The notes beneath the pieces were generated by a model that saw nothing but the letters and a program-made list of their open reading frames with translations, ran no database searches and was not told the DNA's origin. This document shows, piece by piece, positions 9,574 through 18,781 of a stretch of DNA of 64,000 nucleotides; the first letter of the stretch is position 1; each line of letters opens with the position of its first letter. The stretch is from Desulfosudaceae bacterium. Lineage in GTDB: Bacteria > Desulfobacterota > Desulfobacteria > Desulfobacterales > Desulfosudaceae. A program made the translations under genes and the position numbers. The stretch lies in assembly GCA_963674745.2 (NCBI GenBank), contig CAXXDV010000001.1, positions 1,120,001 to 1,184,000 of the forward strand. Reading direction: 5' to 3'.

Positions 9574-10173
9574 ATGATGGATATAAAAAGACTGATCATC
9601 GTGGCCGTGGGCGGGCAGGGCAACCTGCTGGCTTCAAAGGTGCTGGCCGAAGCCGCCATGCTGGCCGATATACCCGTTCGCATGAGTGAAATCCACGGCA
9701 TGGCACAGCGCGGCGGAGTGGTGGAATCTTCGCTGGTCTTTGGTGATGCCAACAGCACCATTATTTCCGATGCCTGTGCCGACGTTCTGCTGGCCTTTGA
9801 ACCGGCCGAAGCCCTGCGGGCCCTGGGCCGGTGCAACAGCCATACCGTGGTGGTTACAAACACCGCGCCCATGCCGCCCTTTACGGCAGCCATCGGCAAA
9901 GGCGTTTATCCCCCGGTAAACCGGATAAAAAAGCTGCTGGCCGAAAAAACCGCCAAACTGGTGGCCACTAACGCCAGCGAACTGGCCGCCGAAGCCGGCA
10001 GCCCGCTATCGGTCAACATGGTCCTGTTGGGCGCACTGATTCAAACCAGTGTGCTGCCCATCACCCCGGATACCGTCAAAGAAGCCATCGCCGCCACGGT
10101 CAAAAAAGCGTTTGTGGACATCAACTTAAAAGCCTTTGACCTGGGCTTTGCCGCGGCCTCAGAGGCGGCCTGA
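9574..10173 (+). CDS. iorB: Indolepyruvate:ferredoxin oxidoreductase beta subunit
   Basis: VGGQGNLLAS, EIHGMAQRGG, NMVLLGA; follows iorA. Confidence 0.93.
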   Translation: MMDIKRLIIVAVGGQGNLLASKVLAEAAMLADIPVRMSEIHGMAQRGGVVESSLVFGDANSTIISDACADVLLAFEPAEALRALGRCNSHTVVVTNTAPMPPFTAAIGKGVYPPVNRIKKLLAEKTAKLVATNASELAAEAGSPLSVNMVLLGALIQTSVLPITPDTVKEAIAATVKKAFVDINLKAFDLGFAAASEAA

Positions 10174-10182
10174 AGGCCGCCT
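10163..10182. terminator. Hairpin between convergent genes
   Basis: AGGCGGCC-TGAA-GGCCGCCT overlapping the iorB stop. Confidence 0.45.
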
Positions 10183-10652
10183 TATTCCCTCAATGCCAAC
10201 GGCGGGGCCAGGATTTCCGACCAGATGACCGCCCGACGGAGGTCCCGGCCTGAAAAGCTGAGATCCGCCAAAGCCAAACCGCCTTCACGCTTTCGTGCTT
10301 CAGGCGCTTCGGCAACAACGTCCTCACGCATTAACTCCTGCCGGATATCATCAATCAGGGCGTCTTCTTCCCGGCTTGGTACAGCCGGTGGTGGCTTTGG
10401 TTTTTGCGCTTTTGGGCTGGCCGGACGGGCTGTTTTCGGGACGGCCACCTGATCCATGGCCACCTGGATTTCATTGCTTACCCGGGACTTCAACGTCTGA
10501 AACAGACCCTCTGCGGGGGCGGTCCGGGCCGTTTTGTCCGACCCGGCCTGACCCCGTTTAATCAGCCGGCTGAAAATCGTGCCGAACACATTGAAAAGAA
10601 TAATAACGGCCACAAAAACAACGGTAATAATAGTATCAATGTTTATATCCAT
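10182..10652 (-). CDS. Membrane-anchored protein of the floA operon (YqfB-like position)
   Basis: N-terminal TM; C-terminal LRRAVIWSEILAPPLALR motif typical of genes downstream of floA. Confidence 0.7.
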   Translation of the reverse strand: MDINIDTIITVVFVAVIILFNVFGTIFSRLIKRGQAGSDKTARTAPAEGLFQTLKSRVSNEIQVAMDQVAVPKTARPASPKAQKPKPPPAVPSREEDALIDDIRQELMREDVVAEAPEARKREGGLALADLSFSGRDLRRAVIWSEILAPPLALRE

Positions 10653-10658
10653 GATTGC

Positions 10659-11648
10659 CTACCTGTCTTTTGATGGATCGCCCTTGGTTTCCGGCCCGGT
10701 GGCAATCTTGTCTCTCATATCGGTATCGGCCATGATGTTTTTCATCCGGTAATAATCCATGATGCCCAGGTTACCTTCCCGGAAAGCCTCGGCCATGGCC
10801 AGCGGGATTTCAGCTTCCGCCTCGACCACCTTGGCGCGCATCTCCTGGACCTGGGCCTTCATCTCCTGTTCCCGGGCATAGGCCATGGCCCGCCGCTCTT
10901 CGGCCTTGGCCTGGGCGATTTTTTTGTCCGCCTCGGCCCGGTCGGTTTCCAGTTCGGCGCCGATGTTCTTGCCCACATCCACATCAGCAATATCGATGGA
11001 CAGAATTTCAAAAGCCGTGCCGGAATCAAGCCCCTTTTCCAGCACGCGTTTGGAAATCAGGTCCGGATTTTCCAGCACATGTTTGTGTGACTCGGCCGAA
11101 CCAATGGTCGTAACAATGCCTTCGCCCACCCGGGCCAGAATGGTTTCTTCACCGGCGCCGCCCACCAGCCGGTCGATATTGGCCCTCACGGTTACCCGGG
11201 AAATGGCCTTGAGCTGGATACCGTCCTTGGCCATGGCCGCGATCATTGGTGTTTCGATGACCTTGGGGTTGACGCTCATCTGGACCGCTTCGAGCACGTC
11301 CCGGCCGGCCAGGTCAATGGCCGCGGCACGGTTAAAGGCCAGTTCTATCTTGGCTTTGTCGGCCGCGATCAGGGCCTGAATGACACGGCTGACGTTTCCA
11401 CCGGCGAGGTAGTGGGATTCCAGTTCATCGGTGCTGATGTCCAGACCTGCTTTGGCAGCCATGATTTTTGACTCCACCACCAGTTTGGGCGGCACTTTTC
11501 GAAAACGCATGAAAACGATGTTTAACAACCCGACATGGGCGCCTGACACAAGCGCTTGAATCCAGAGAGAAATAGCAGATCCGACAAAATAAAACAGGAC
11601 AATGGCGGCGATAACCAGAAAAAACAAAACAATATAGCTTAATTGCAT
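10659..11648 (-). CDS. floA: Flotillin-like protein FloA (YqfA/YdfA family)
   Basis: [54 protein letters not shown]. Confidence 0.93.
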   Translation of the reverse strand: MQLSYIVLFFLVIAAIVLFYFVGSAISLWIQALVSGAHVGLLNIVFMRFRKVPPKLVVESKIMAAKAGLDISTDELESHYLAGGNVSRVIQALIAADKAKIELAFNRAAAIDLAGRDVLEAVQMSVNPKVIETPMIAAMAKDGIQLKAISRVTVRANIDRLVGGAGEETILARVGEGIVTTIGSAESHKHVLENPDLISKRVLEKGLDSGTAFEILSIDIADVDVGKNIGAELETDRAEADKKIAQAKAEERRAMAYAREQEMKAQVQEMRAKVVEAEAEIPLAMAEAFREGNLGIMDYYRMKNIMADTDMRDKIATGPETKGDPSKDR

Positions 11649-11703
11649 GGTGTCCTCCTTAACAAAAAGAATGGTTATAATGGTTGGTTTTAATCGTCTT
11701 TAT

Positions 11704-12183
11704 CTATTCTGATACTTCTTCAACAATGATCTGATTGCCGGTGACGGCCGCAACAATGATTTCAGCGCCCTTGTTGATGTATTCACCCCGGCTGACCACG
11801 TCCACGCGTTTATCCTCGATCTCGGCCACACCGGAAGGTCGCAGATCAGACACCGCCACGCCTTTTTTACCCAGAAACCCTTCAAGTTCAGCGGATTGAG
11901 AGGTCACGCCGGAATCACTGGACAGCTCTGTTTTCAGGGCGGCCGGTGACTTGGCCAGCATTTTCAGTCCGAAAAGAACAATGACCGGCAGCGTTACCAC
12001 GTCCGCAATGAGAAACAGATACCCGGTGTTTGCAGAGACTTCCGTAAACACCGCATACAACGAATATCCGATGAGGCCGGCCGCCAGCATGCCCAGCAAG
12101 CCACCGGAAGGAATAATCACCTCGGCGATAAGGACCACCACCGCCAGAAGCTGCAGAAAAACAGCCATCATTATCGGATTCAA
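11704..12183 (-). CDS. Short NfeD family protein
   Basis: TM helices plus C-terminal OB fold DLRPSG..VDVVSRGEYI. Confidence 0.88.
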   Translation of the reverse strand: MNPIMMAVFLQLLAVVVLIAEVIIPSGGLLGMLAAGLIGYSLYAVFTEVSANTGYLFLIADVVTLPVIVLFGLKMLAKSPAALKTELSSDSGVTSQSAELEGFLGKKGVAVSDLRPSGVAEIEDKRVDVVSRGEYINKGAEIIVAAVTGNQIIVEEVSE

Positions 12184-13643
12184 CTGGATGTCTCCTTTTT
12201 TACGATCAGCCGGTTACCGGAAATGGCGGTAATCTCAACCGCCGTGCCTTTTTCCAGATAATCGCCCTGGGTTACCACATCATATGTTTTGCTTTCGATC
12301 TTTACTTTACCGGACGGCCGCAACGGGGTGAAGGCCGTGCCCTTATCACCCACGGCAACCCCGACATTGGCCACAGAGTCGGCATGAAAATCCTGCAGGG
12401 TGGAATCAAGGTAAGGGCCGTGGGAGACAGCCGACATTCTGGGAAACACGTAACGCAACATGATTAACGCCATTATAAAAGAAAGAAGGACAGCGCTCAA
12501 CACCAGGATCAGGTTGAAAACCATCAGGTCCATCTGCCAGGGCATGGACGGGTCGGGCAGCACAAACCCCTGCAGGGACAACACCAGCCCAGCGATGATA
12601 CAGGTTACCCCGGCGATGCCCGCAATCCCGAACCCGGGCAGCACAAACAATTCCAGCCCGATCAGCACAAACCCCAGCACGATGATCAGCAGTTCGGTGT
12701 AATCGGCCAGCCCCACGGTATATTGATGCATGAAAAACAGTGACAGGCAGATGATACCGACCACGCCCGGGGCGCCGAATCCGGGGGCCTTGATTTCCGT
12801 GTAAATAGCGCCCAGGCCGATCAGCATGAGCAGGGGCGCGATGGTACCCAGAAAACGCAGCACCCCTTCGGTCCAGCTCTGTTCCATGCGGATCATTTCA
12901 AAATCGGTGATCCCCATTTTTTTGAGCAGCTCGTCCACGCTGGAAACCGTCATCATCGAAAAACCCAGGTCCCGCGCTTCTTCATCGTGCATGGTCAACA
13001 ACTCACCCTCGGCCACGACGGTTTTTTTTCCGGTGGCCGCCGCTTTTTCTTCGTCGTTCAACTCCTCATAGTCCTTGGCATCCATATAGATGGTCTTACC
13101 GTTCATGACCAGCCGGAGAACGGCCATGTCGGCCGTAACCATGGACTCGGCCAGGACTTCGGAGTAACCGTTTTTTCTGGCCAGCGACCGGAACTTGGCC
13201 CGCAACGGCGACTGGAATTTTTCGCCCAGCATTTCCGGTCCTTCATTGCTGATCATGATCGGCGCACAGTCGCCGATGGTGGTGTTGGGTTTCATGGCCA
13301 GCTTATCACAGGCCAGGGCGATCAGGGCGCCGGCGGAGATGGCCTTCTTGGTCACAAAGGCAATGGTTTCTCCCTTGTCGTCCGTGTCCACGATCAAATC
13401 GACGATCATAAGGGCCGAGTCGACCCGGCCGCCGAAGGTGTCCATTTCAATGATAATGGTCTGATCTTCTCCATCCGGAATATCGGCCAGGGCCCGCCGG
13501 ACAAAAGCCGCCATACCCGGAGAGACATCCCCGGAAATTTTGACGGTATAAACCTTTTCCTTTGCAACCGCCGTCGAAGACAGACTGATCAGAAAACACA
13601 ACAACAGCAGGGCAATGCTTTTTAATGCAAAAACCTGTTTCAT
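12180..13643 (-). CDS. Long NfeD family protein (ClpP-like serine protease domain; YqeZ-like)
   Basis: DTFGG, AISAGALIAL, PGFG repeats, C-terminal LRPSG. Confidence 0.9.
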   Translation of the reverse strand: MKQVFALKSIALLLLCFLISLSSTAVAKEKVYTVKISGDVSPGMAAFVRRALADIPDGEDQTIIIEMDTFGGRVDSALMIVDLIVDTDDKGETIAFVTKKAISAGALIALACDKLAMKPNTTIGDCAPIMISNEGPEMLGEKFQSPLRAKFRSLARKNGYSEVLAESMVTADMAVLRLVMNGKTIYMDAKDYEELNDEEKAAATGKKTVVAEGELLTMHDEEARDLGFSMMTVSSVDELLKKMGITDFEMIRMEQSWTEGVLRFLGTIAPLLMLIGLGAIYTEIKAPGFGAPGVVGIICLSLFFMHQYTVGLADYTELLIIVLGFVLIGLELFVLPGFGIAGIAGVTCIIAGLVLSLQGFVLPDPSMPWQMDLMVFNLILVLSAVLLSFIMALIMLRYVFPRMSAVSHGPYLDSTLQDFHADSVANVGVAVGDKGTAFTPLRPSGKVKIESKTYDVVTQGDYLEKGTAVEITAISGNRLIVKKETSS

Positions 13644-13804
13644 GGGCTTGTCGGAAATTTTGGGTTAGAAAAATAAGAGCATAAAAATAATAAGTCATTA
13701 TATTTTAATTTGCAAGTTTCACGTTGATATTCCGGTTGACAGCGCTGCTGTTTATTATGATATTTAATTCTTCAACCGGTAACTTCGGAAGGGGGGAGAG
13801 TACC

Positions 13805-14272
13805 ATGAACAATAATCGCGGATTTACTTTAATAGAACTGATGATTGTTATTGCCATCATCGGTATTCTGGCCGCCATTGCTATTCCGAATTTTATCAGT
13901 TACCGCGACAAGGCCTTTCTGTGTGAAGGCATGGCCCTGTTTGATGATGCCAAGAAAAACATTGTCGATTTTTATGAGCATACCGGCCGGTTTCCTAAAA
14001 ACAATACCGAAGCCGGCCTGCCGCTGCCCGAAAACATAAAAGGTAAATATGTTAAAAGCGTAACCGTCAAAAACGGTGCGGTGGATGTGGAATACGACGA
14101 AGACTCCAGAGCCGCCAAAACATTTAAGGGCACGATCGTCTCTTTTCAACCGGCGGTTCTTAAGGAAAACCCGACCGGTTCGGTTGTCTGGCTTTTGGGC
14201 GTGTTCCATTCAGAAAAAATGCCGGAAACGTTTCTGGTGTATGGAAAAAACAACTCGGATATGAAGTGGTAG
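13805..14272 (+). CDS. Type IVa pilin
   Basis: MNNNRG|FTLIELMIVIAIIGILAAIAIPNF class III signal; GKYVKSV pilin motif; RBS GGGGAG. Confidence 0.92.
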   Translation: MNNNRGFTLIELMIVIAIIGILAAIAIPNFISYRDKAFLCEGMALFDDAKKNIVDFYEHTGRFPKNNTEAGLPLPENIKGKYVKSVTVKNGAVDVEYDEDSRAAKTFKGTIVSFQPAVLKENPTGSVVWLLGVFHSEKMPETFLVYGKNNSDMKW

Positions 14273-14317
14273 TCTCGTGAAAACGTCCCCTGCGTTCATT
14301 GAAAGGGAACCTTTACC

Positions 14318-14818
14318 ATGTTCAGTATGATAAACAATTCGCTGGAAAGTACGAATTCTTACACCAGACAGATTGAATTGTTTATCGTCATCGCAATCAT
14401 TGGTATTCTGGCCGCACAGGCCGTCAATGCCTATCATCCACTGCTTACCCGTGCTACCCTGCTCCACGCTGTCGGTGGAGGAGAACACCGGTGGGACAAT
14501 GTCTATTACTACGCCTTTCATGGTCAATGGCCCCGGAACAACGAACAGGCGGAAACATTTGGATGGAGCGGCCTTCATGGCCAAGACGGAAATGACTATA
14601 TTAAAAAAACGGTGTTGGAAAACGGTGCCGTTCATAAATATTTCGGACCGAAACTACCCAACCGGATAATCACAATACATCCTGCCGTACCGGCGAACGA
14701 TCCCCTAGGGCCGATTATATGGGTTTGCGGTCAGAAACGGACTCCTGAGGAATGGCAGGTCTTTGGCCAGGATAGAACAAATGTCACGCCTGAACATATT
14801 CACCCCTATTCAAAATAA
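14318..14818 (+). CDS. Pilin-like protein with degenerate prepilin motif
   Basis: SYTRQIELFIVIAIIGILAA; C-terminus (PAV..PLGPIIWVCG) parallels the neighbouring pilins. Confidence 0.7.
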   Translation: MFSMINNSLESTNSYTRQIELFIVIAIIGILAAQAVNAYHPLLTRATLLHAVGGGEHRWDNVYYYAFHGQWPRNNEQAETFGWSGLHGQDGNDYIKKTVLENGAVHKYFGPKLPNRIITIHPAVPANDPLGPIIWVCGQKRTPEEWQVFGQDRTNVTPEHIHPYSK

Positions 14819-14844
14819 AACCGTTATCTTGCAGGAGATGTTCC

Positions 14845-15906
14845 ATGACATTTGAGTTATGGCTTTTAAGAAAAAGCTTAGGAAGAAAGGACGAAAATTT
14901 CAGCATGGCCTTTCGTCAGCTCGGCCTGATGATGGGAGCCGGCGTGCCGACACAAGAGGCCTTGGATACAATCATTACGGAAACCGGGGACAAAAGCACT
15001 AAACGCATCCTGACTGCCCTGAAAGACGACCTGTCAACAACAGCTTCCAGAGAAAAAAAGGATCCGGCCAAGAACACTGCATACGACAATCAAGCGCTGG
15101 TCTATATTTTAAAACAGGAGGGCAGCCGCACTAACGCAGCCGAGCTTCTTTACAGCATTGCCGACGAGCTTGAAAAAAGGGCCAAAGTAAAGAGGCAATT
15201 ACTTTCAGCCATGATATATCCCACCATAACAATATCCATAGCCTTGATGCTTTTATTGGTAATCCTTACCTTTGTTGTTCCCGTGTTTGAGCAGATGTAT
15301 CTGGATTTTGGCAAGGATCTGCCGGCCCCGACCCTATTTGTCATTAACATCAGCACACTGGTTCAAGATCATGTTGGCGTAATCATCACCGCTGTTTTGC
15401 TGATTGCGTTATTTGTCGTCAAACAAAAAAAGCTTATCCTCAGCCTAGCGGCCTATCTGCCTGTTTTCGGCGACCCCCTGAAAAGCATTTCTATTCTCCA
15501 GTTTACCAGATACCTGTCTGTTATGTTAAAGTTTGACATTCCGCTTTCCGAAGCCATTTTTTTTGCCGCCACGGCGGTCGACAATATTTTTTTCTCAAAC
15601 AAGACAAAACAAATGGGAAATACTGTTTCTCAGACCGCTCAACTGAAAGCGGCCATGGAAAAAACGCAATTGTTTCCCAGACCAGTTTTACAAGCAGTCG
15701 CGGCCGGTGAAAAAGCCGGAGCCCTTGATACCGTCTTTGCCCAGGTAGCAAAATACTACGAAAAAACAAGCGCTTTTTCTATAAACACGATGGTTTCAGC
15801 AATCGATATATTTATTATCGTCTTTCTGGGAGGAACTATCGGCGGTATGGTCGTCGCCATGTACCTGCCAATATTCAGAATGGCCGGCGCCATATCAGGA
15901 GGATAA
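14845..15906 (+). CDS. PilC / T2SS F family platform protein
   Basis: RQLGLMMGAGVP, SAMIYP, VVPVF..LPAPT, GEKAGAL, AMYLPIF. Confidence 0.9.
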   Translation: MTFELWLLRKSLGRKDENFSMAFRQLGLMMGAGVPTQEALDTIITETGDKSTKRILTALKDDLSTTASREKKDPAKNTAYDNQALVYILKQEGSRTNAAELLYSIADELEKRAKVKRQLLSAMIYPTITISIALMLLLVILTFVVPVFEQMYLDFGKDLPAPTLFVINISTLVQDHVGVIITAVLLIALFVVKQKKLILSLAAYLPVFGDPLKSISILQFTRYLSVMLKFDIPLSEAIFFAATAVDNIFFSNKTKQMGNTVSQTAQLKAAMEKTQLFPRPVLQAVAAGEKAGALDTVFAQVAKYYEKTSAFSINTMVSAIDIFIIVFLGGTIGGMVVAMYLPIFRMAGAISGG

Positions 15907-15919
15907 AAAGGAAATAGCG

Positions 15920-16405
15920 ATGATTAAAACAGACCATAGAGGTTTTACGTTAATTGAATTAATGATCGTCATGGCCATCATCTGGATCCTGGCTACCATG
16001 GCCATGCCCTCTTTTCAGGACCGGATCATCCGCACCCAGATTCAGGAAGCGTTCAACCTGGCTGAGATCGCCCGGGACGGGATTCAAGACTACTACAAGG
16101 CGCACCGGTCTTTCCCCGCTGACAATGCCGCCGCCGGACTTCCCGCGCCGGATAAAATCATCGGCAACTATGTCAAACAGGTGGCCATCAAAAACGGCGT
16201 CATTGACATTACCCTGGGCAACCGGATCAACCGGCACGTGTCCGAAAACATCGTGACCATCCGTCCGGCTGTTGTGAAAGACGCACCGATTGTGCCCATT
16301 GCCTGGATCTACGGCTACGCTTCAGTTCCCGAAGGCATGACCGTGATCGGCGACAACAACAGCACTGTTCTGCCCCGTTTGTTACCGGTAAATTGCAGGT
16401 ATTAG
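15920..16405 (+). CDS. Type IVa pilin
   Basis: HRG|FTLIELMIVMAII; FPADNAAAGL, GNYV. Confidence 0.9.
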   Translation: MIKTDHRGFTLIELMIVMAIIWILATMAMPSFQDRIIRTQIQEAFNLAEIARDGIQDYYKAHRSFPADNAAAGLPAPDKIIGNYVKQVAIKNGVIDITLGNRINRHVSENIVTIRPAVVKDAPIVPIAWIYGYASVPEGMTVIGDNNSTVLPRLLPVNCRY

Positions 16406-16422
16406 CGTTTTTCCGGGGCCTC

Positions 16423-16666
16423 TGCCCGTTGCAGCCCAGCCCCGGCTGCGATTGATTTTTCCGGCAGCAGTGGTCAGGCTGTTTGAGCGCCGCCTCCCGG
16501 TGAAAACACCACACCCCAAGAAAGAGTATTGTGTCTGCAACGGGGCTTTAATCGTAATTAACCAGCGAGTTCCTGACCACGCCGGAAAAATCAACCGCAA
16601 CCGGGATCAGCCGGGGTGCCGGGCAATGTTTCTTTTGGTACTTTTCTTTGCGTCAAAGAAAAGTAC
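16423..16666. repeat. Nested-hairpin intergenic element (MITE/structured-RNA-like)
   Basis: 16441-16465 pairs with 16581-16605 (23/25); GTGGTCAGG/CCTGACCAC inner stem; TGCCCG/CGGGCA outer stem; terminal 13-bp perfect hairpin 16638-16666. Confidence 0.65.
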
Positions 16667-16673
16667 GGGTATT

Positions 16674-17297
16674 TTATTCGACCCCGAGGATATGTCCGAC
16701 CTGTTTCATGGCGGTCACGTGAAACTCCGCCGACAGGGCGGGATTGTTGTAGGCAATAAAAGGCACTTCGGCGGCACGGGCGGCCATTTCATCAAGTTCC
16801 GAATCGCCCACATAAACCATTTCATCCGGTCCGGCCTCAAAGTATTCCAGAATCTTCAAAAGCTGTTCCGGTGCCGGCTTGGGGCGCATCACGTCCAGGG
16901 CCGTCACCACCATCTCGAAACGATCGGACAGCCCGTGCTCATCCAGCACCCGGTTCATGGTGTTGGAACGGTTGGTGGCAATGGCCGTATGCATCCTGCC
17001 GTCTATTCTGTCCAGGAGTTCATCCAATCCCGGCGCTTTTTTCATGTGCTGGATAAATGGAAAATAGCTTAACTGCCGTCGATGGGCCTGGGCCTGGGCC
17101 AGGCCGTCCGGACCACACAGGAAAAGCAGTGCTTGTTCAACCGTATGCATCTGGACATAGACAAACTGCTTATCGGTTATCTCCGGTTTGCCCAGAGCCG
17201 CCATAATGGCATTGTAGTAGGCGCGATTGGCTGCTTCCGTGTCAAACAGAACACCGTCACAGTCAAACGCGACCACTTTACATGCTGATATTTTCAT
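16674..17297 (-). CDS. HAD-family hydrolase (phosphoglycolate phosphatase-like)
   Basis: FDCDGVL motif I, ATN, KPAP, YVGDSELD; start MKISACK at 17297. Confidence 0.9.
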   Translation of the reverse strand: MKISACKVVAFDCDGVLFDTEAANRAYYNAIMAALGKPEITDKQFVYVQMHTVEQALLFLCGPDGLAQAQAHRRQLSYFPFIQHMKKAPGLDELLDRIDGRMHTAIATNRSNTMNRVLDEHGLSDRFEMVVTALDVMRPKPAPEQLLKILEYFEAGPDEMVYVGDSELDEMAARAAEVPFIAYNNPALSAEFHVTAMKQVGHILGVE

Positions 17298-18090
17298 TTG
17301 GGGCCGGTACCGCTTTTGTTTCTTTTTTCCCGGCCGGTTTCGGCTGAGTGTTTTCGATCGGCTTGGGATTATAGATATTGCCATAAACCCGTATAGACAA
17401 CTGCGGTTGCGCTTTGCTGTCGGTATCAAGAAGAATCGTGTCCCGAAACGCCCCGGGTTGGGTGGTGGTGTTTTCAACCTCAACCAGATAGCCGGCCCGG
17501 TCGGTTTCCGGATCCGTCATTTCTTTTACCTCAAACCGGATATTCCGCCCCTGCTGTGCTTTTGAACCGGTAATCTTGAACGGGGTTTTTTCCGTAGGCA
17601 TTACCGTGACCGTTTTTTTTATGACGGTACCGGCCGTTCCGTTAAGCCTGAGCACAGAAGGCTTGATGTCGGCGAACTTTTCCACCGGAAAAGTCAGGGT
17701 TAAAGTAATGACTTTTCTAACCGGATCGTTTGTATAAACCTGGGCGTATTTGGACATGGTCCTTCCACCATATCCTTTTGAATTCATTTTGATGGTGACG
17801 TTTCCCTCGCCGCCGGCGGGGATGGATCTCGAATACGAGACGGCCGTGCACCCTCACCCGGTTTTGACTTTTTCTATTTCCAGCGGTGCGTTACCCTCGT
17901 TCTTGATAATAAAAGCATGCCGTACCTCGGTTCCTTCAATCACCGCGGCAAGGGTCTGGCGGGTCTTTTCAACCACCGCCATGGGTGCGGTCGGTGTCGG
18001 ATCAGTTACAGATTCTGTTTGCGTATCCGCTGCCACCGCCGTGGTGGCAAACAACAGCATCAACAAGCCGAGCATTCTGAACTTTATCAC
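17278..18090 (-). CDS. DUF1573-type exported protein, probable selenoprotein (in-frame TGA 17856-17854)
   Basis: ORFs 17854-18090 and 17278-17787 join in frame: ...NEGNAPLEIEKVKTG-TGA-GCTAVSYSRSIPAGGEG...MNSKGY; U-G-C at the family C-G-C motif; signal peptide; RBS GGAG. Confidence 0.85.
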
Positions 18091-18121
18091 AACAGTCTCC
18101 TTTTTCTTTTTTATGCATCCA

Positions 18122-18263
18122 GGGCACCTCTAAAAATTGCCTTTTGGCCCGATCTCGGCATTGTGCTCAAGTTTTAATCCTCGAAATACGTCAATGTATT
18201 CCTCCGGTTAAAATTTTCGCACGCCTTGACCTCGAACCAAAATTCTAATTTTTAGAGATACCC
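18122..18263. mobile_element. MITE (142 bp) with terminal inverted repeats and 4-bp target duplication
   Basis: TIRs GGGCACCTCTAAAAATT / GGGTATCTCTAAAAATT (15/17); TCCA directly repeated at 18118-18121 and 18264-18267. Confidence 0.8.
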
Positions 18264-18754
18264 TCCAGTGTCATTCGTTGTGGCATCATGGTTTTCGTAT
18301 CCACGATGCAGAACCCGGGCACATCATCTTTCCCCAGCATTTCCCCCGGATTAATCACCAACGTATCATTAATTCGCTTATGCGTATATATATGAAAATG
18401 ACCGTAACAGATCAAATCAAACCGGCCGCCGGCCGCAATGTCCTCAGCAAACGTCCCGTCATGCATAAAGGCGATACGGCATCCGTCGGCATTTATCTGG
18501 CCGAAAAGCCCATGCAGAGTAATGTTTTGATACAGCGTCAAGGCGTGTTTTGTCAGCAGATACTGGTCCCCGTCATTGTTGCCGAAAACGCCGTGAGCCG
18601 GAATGCCGGCCGCGTCCAGCTCTTTTAACATGAACGGGGCCACAAAATCACCACAGTGAATGATCATGTCACAGGCGGCGGAACGAATCATCTCCACTGC
18701 CTGGCGGATGTGCGGTATCTGATCGTGGGTATCACTCATTATGGCAATACGCAT
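18245..18754 (-). CDS. YfcE-family metallophosphoesterase
   Basis: SDTHD, HCGD, GNND, GHFH, NPG. Confidence 0.9.
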   Translation of the reverse strand: MRIAIMSDTHDQIPHIRQAVEMIRSAACDMIIHCGDFVAPFMLKELDAAGIPAHGVFGNNDGDQYLLTKHALTLYQNITLHGLFGQINADGCRIAFMHDGTFAEDIAAGGRFDLICYGHFHIYTHKRINDTLVINPGEMLGKDDVPGFCIVDTKTMMPQRMTLEGISKN

Positions 18755-18781
18755 GGTTTCCGACCTCTTTTATATACAATA

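Noticed and set aside
13715..13730. parS-like GTTTCACGT (also TCACGTGAAAC near 16715)
   Set aside because: Half matches only; no full TGTTTCACGTGAAACA palindrome seen
13724..13804. Upstream in-frame extension of pilin 1 (TTG start)
   Set aside because: ATG 13805 has an RBS and gives a canonical short class III leader
16452..17072. 206-aa plus-strand ORF
   Set aside because: Runs through the hairpin element and antisense to the HAD hydrolase
17278..18090. Pseudogene or two-gene interpretation of the TGA-split ORFs (also 38519-39838)
   Set aside because: The TGA falls on conserved Cys positions, the frame continues, a hairpin follows and selB is present; selenocysteine is the simpler explanation
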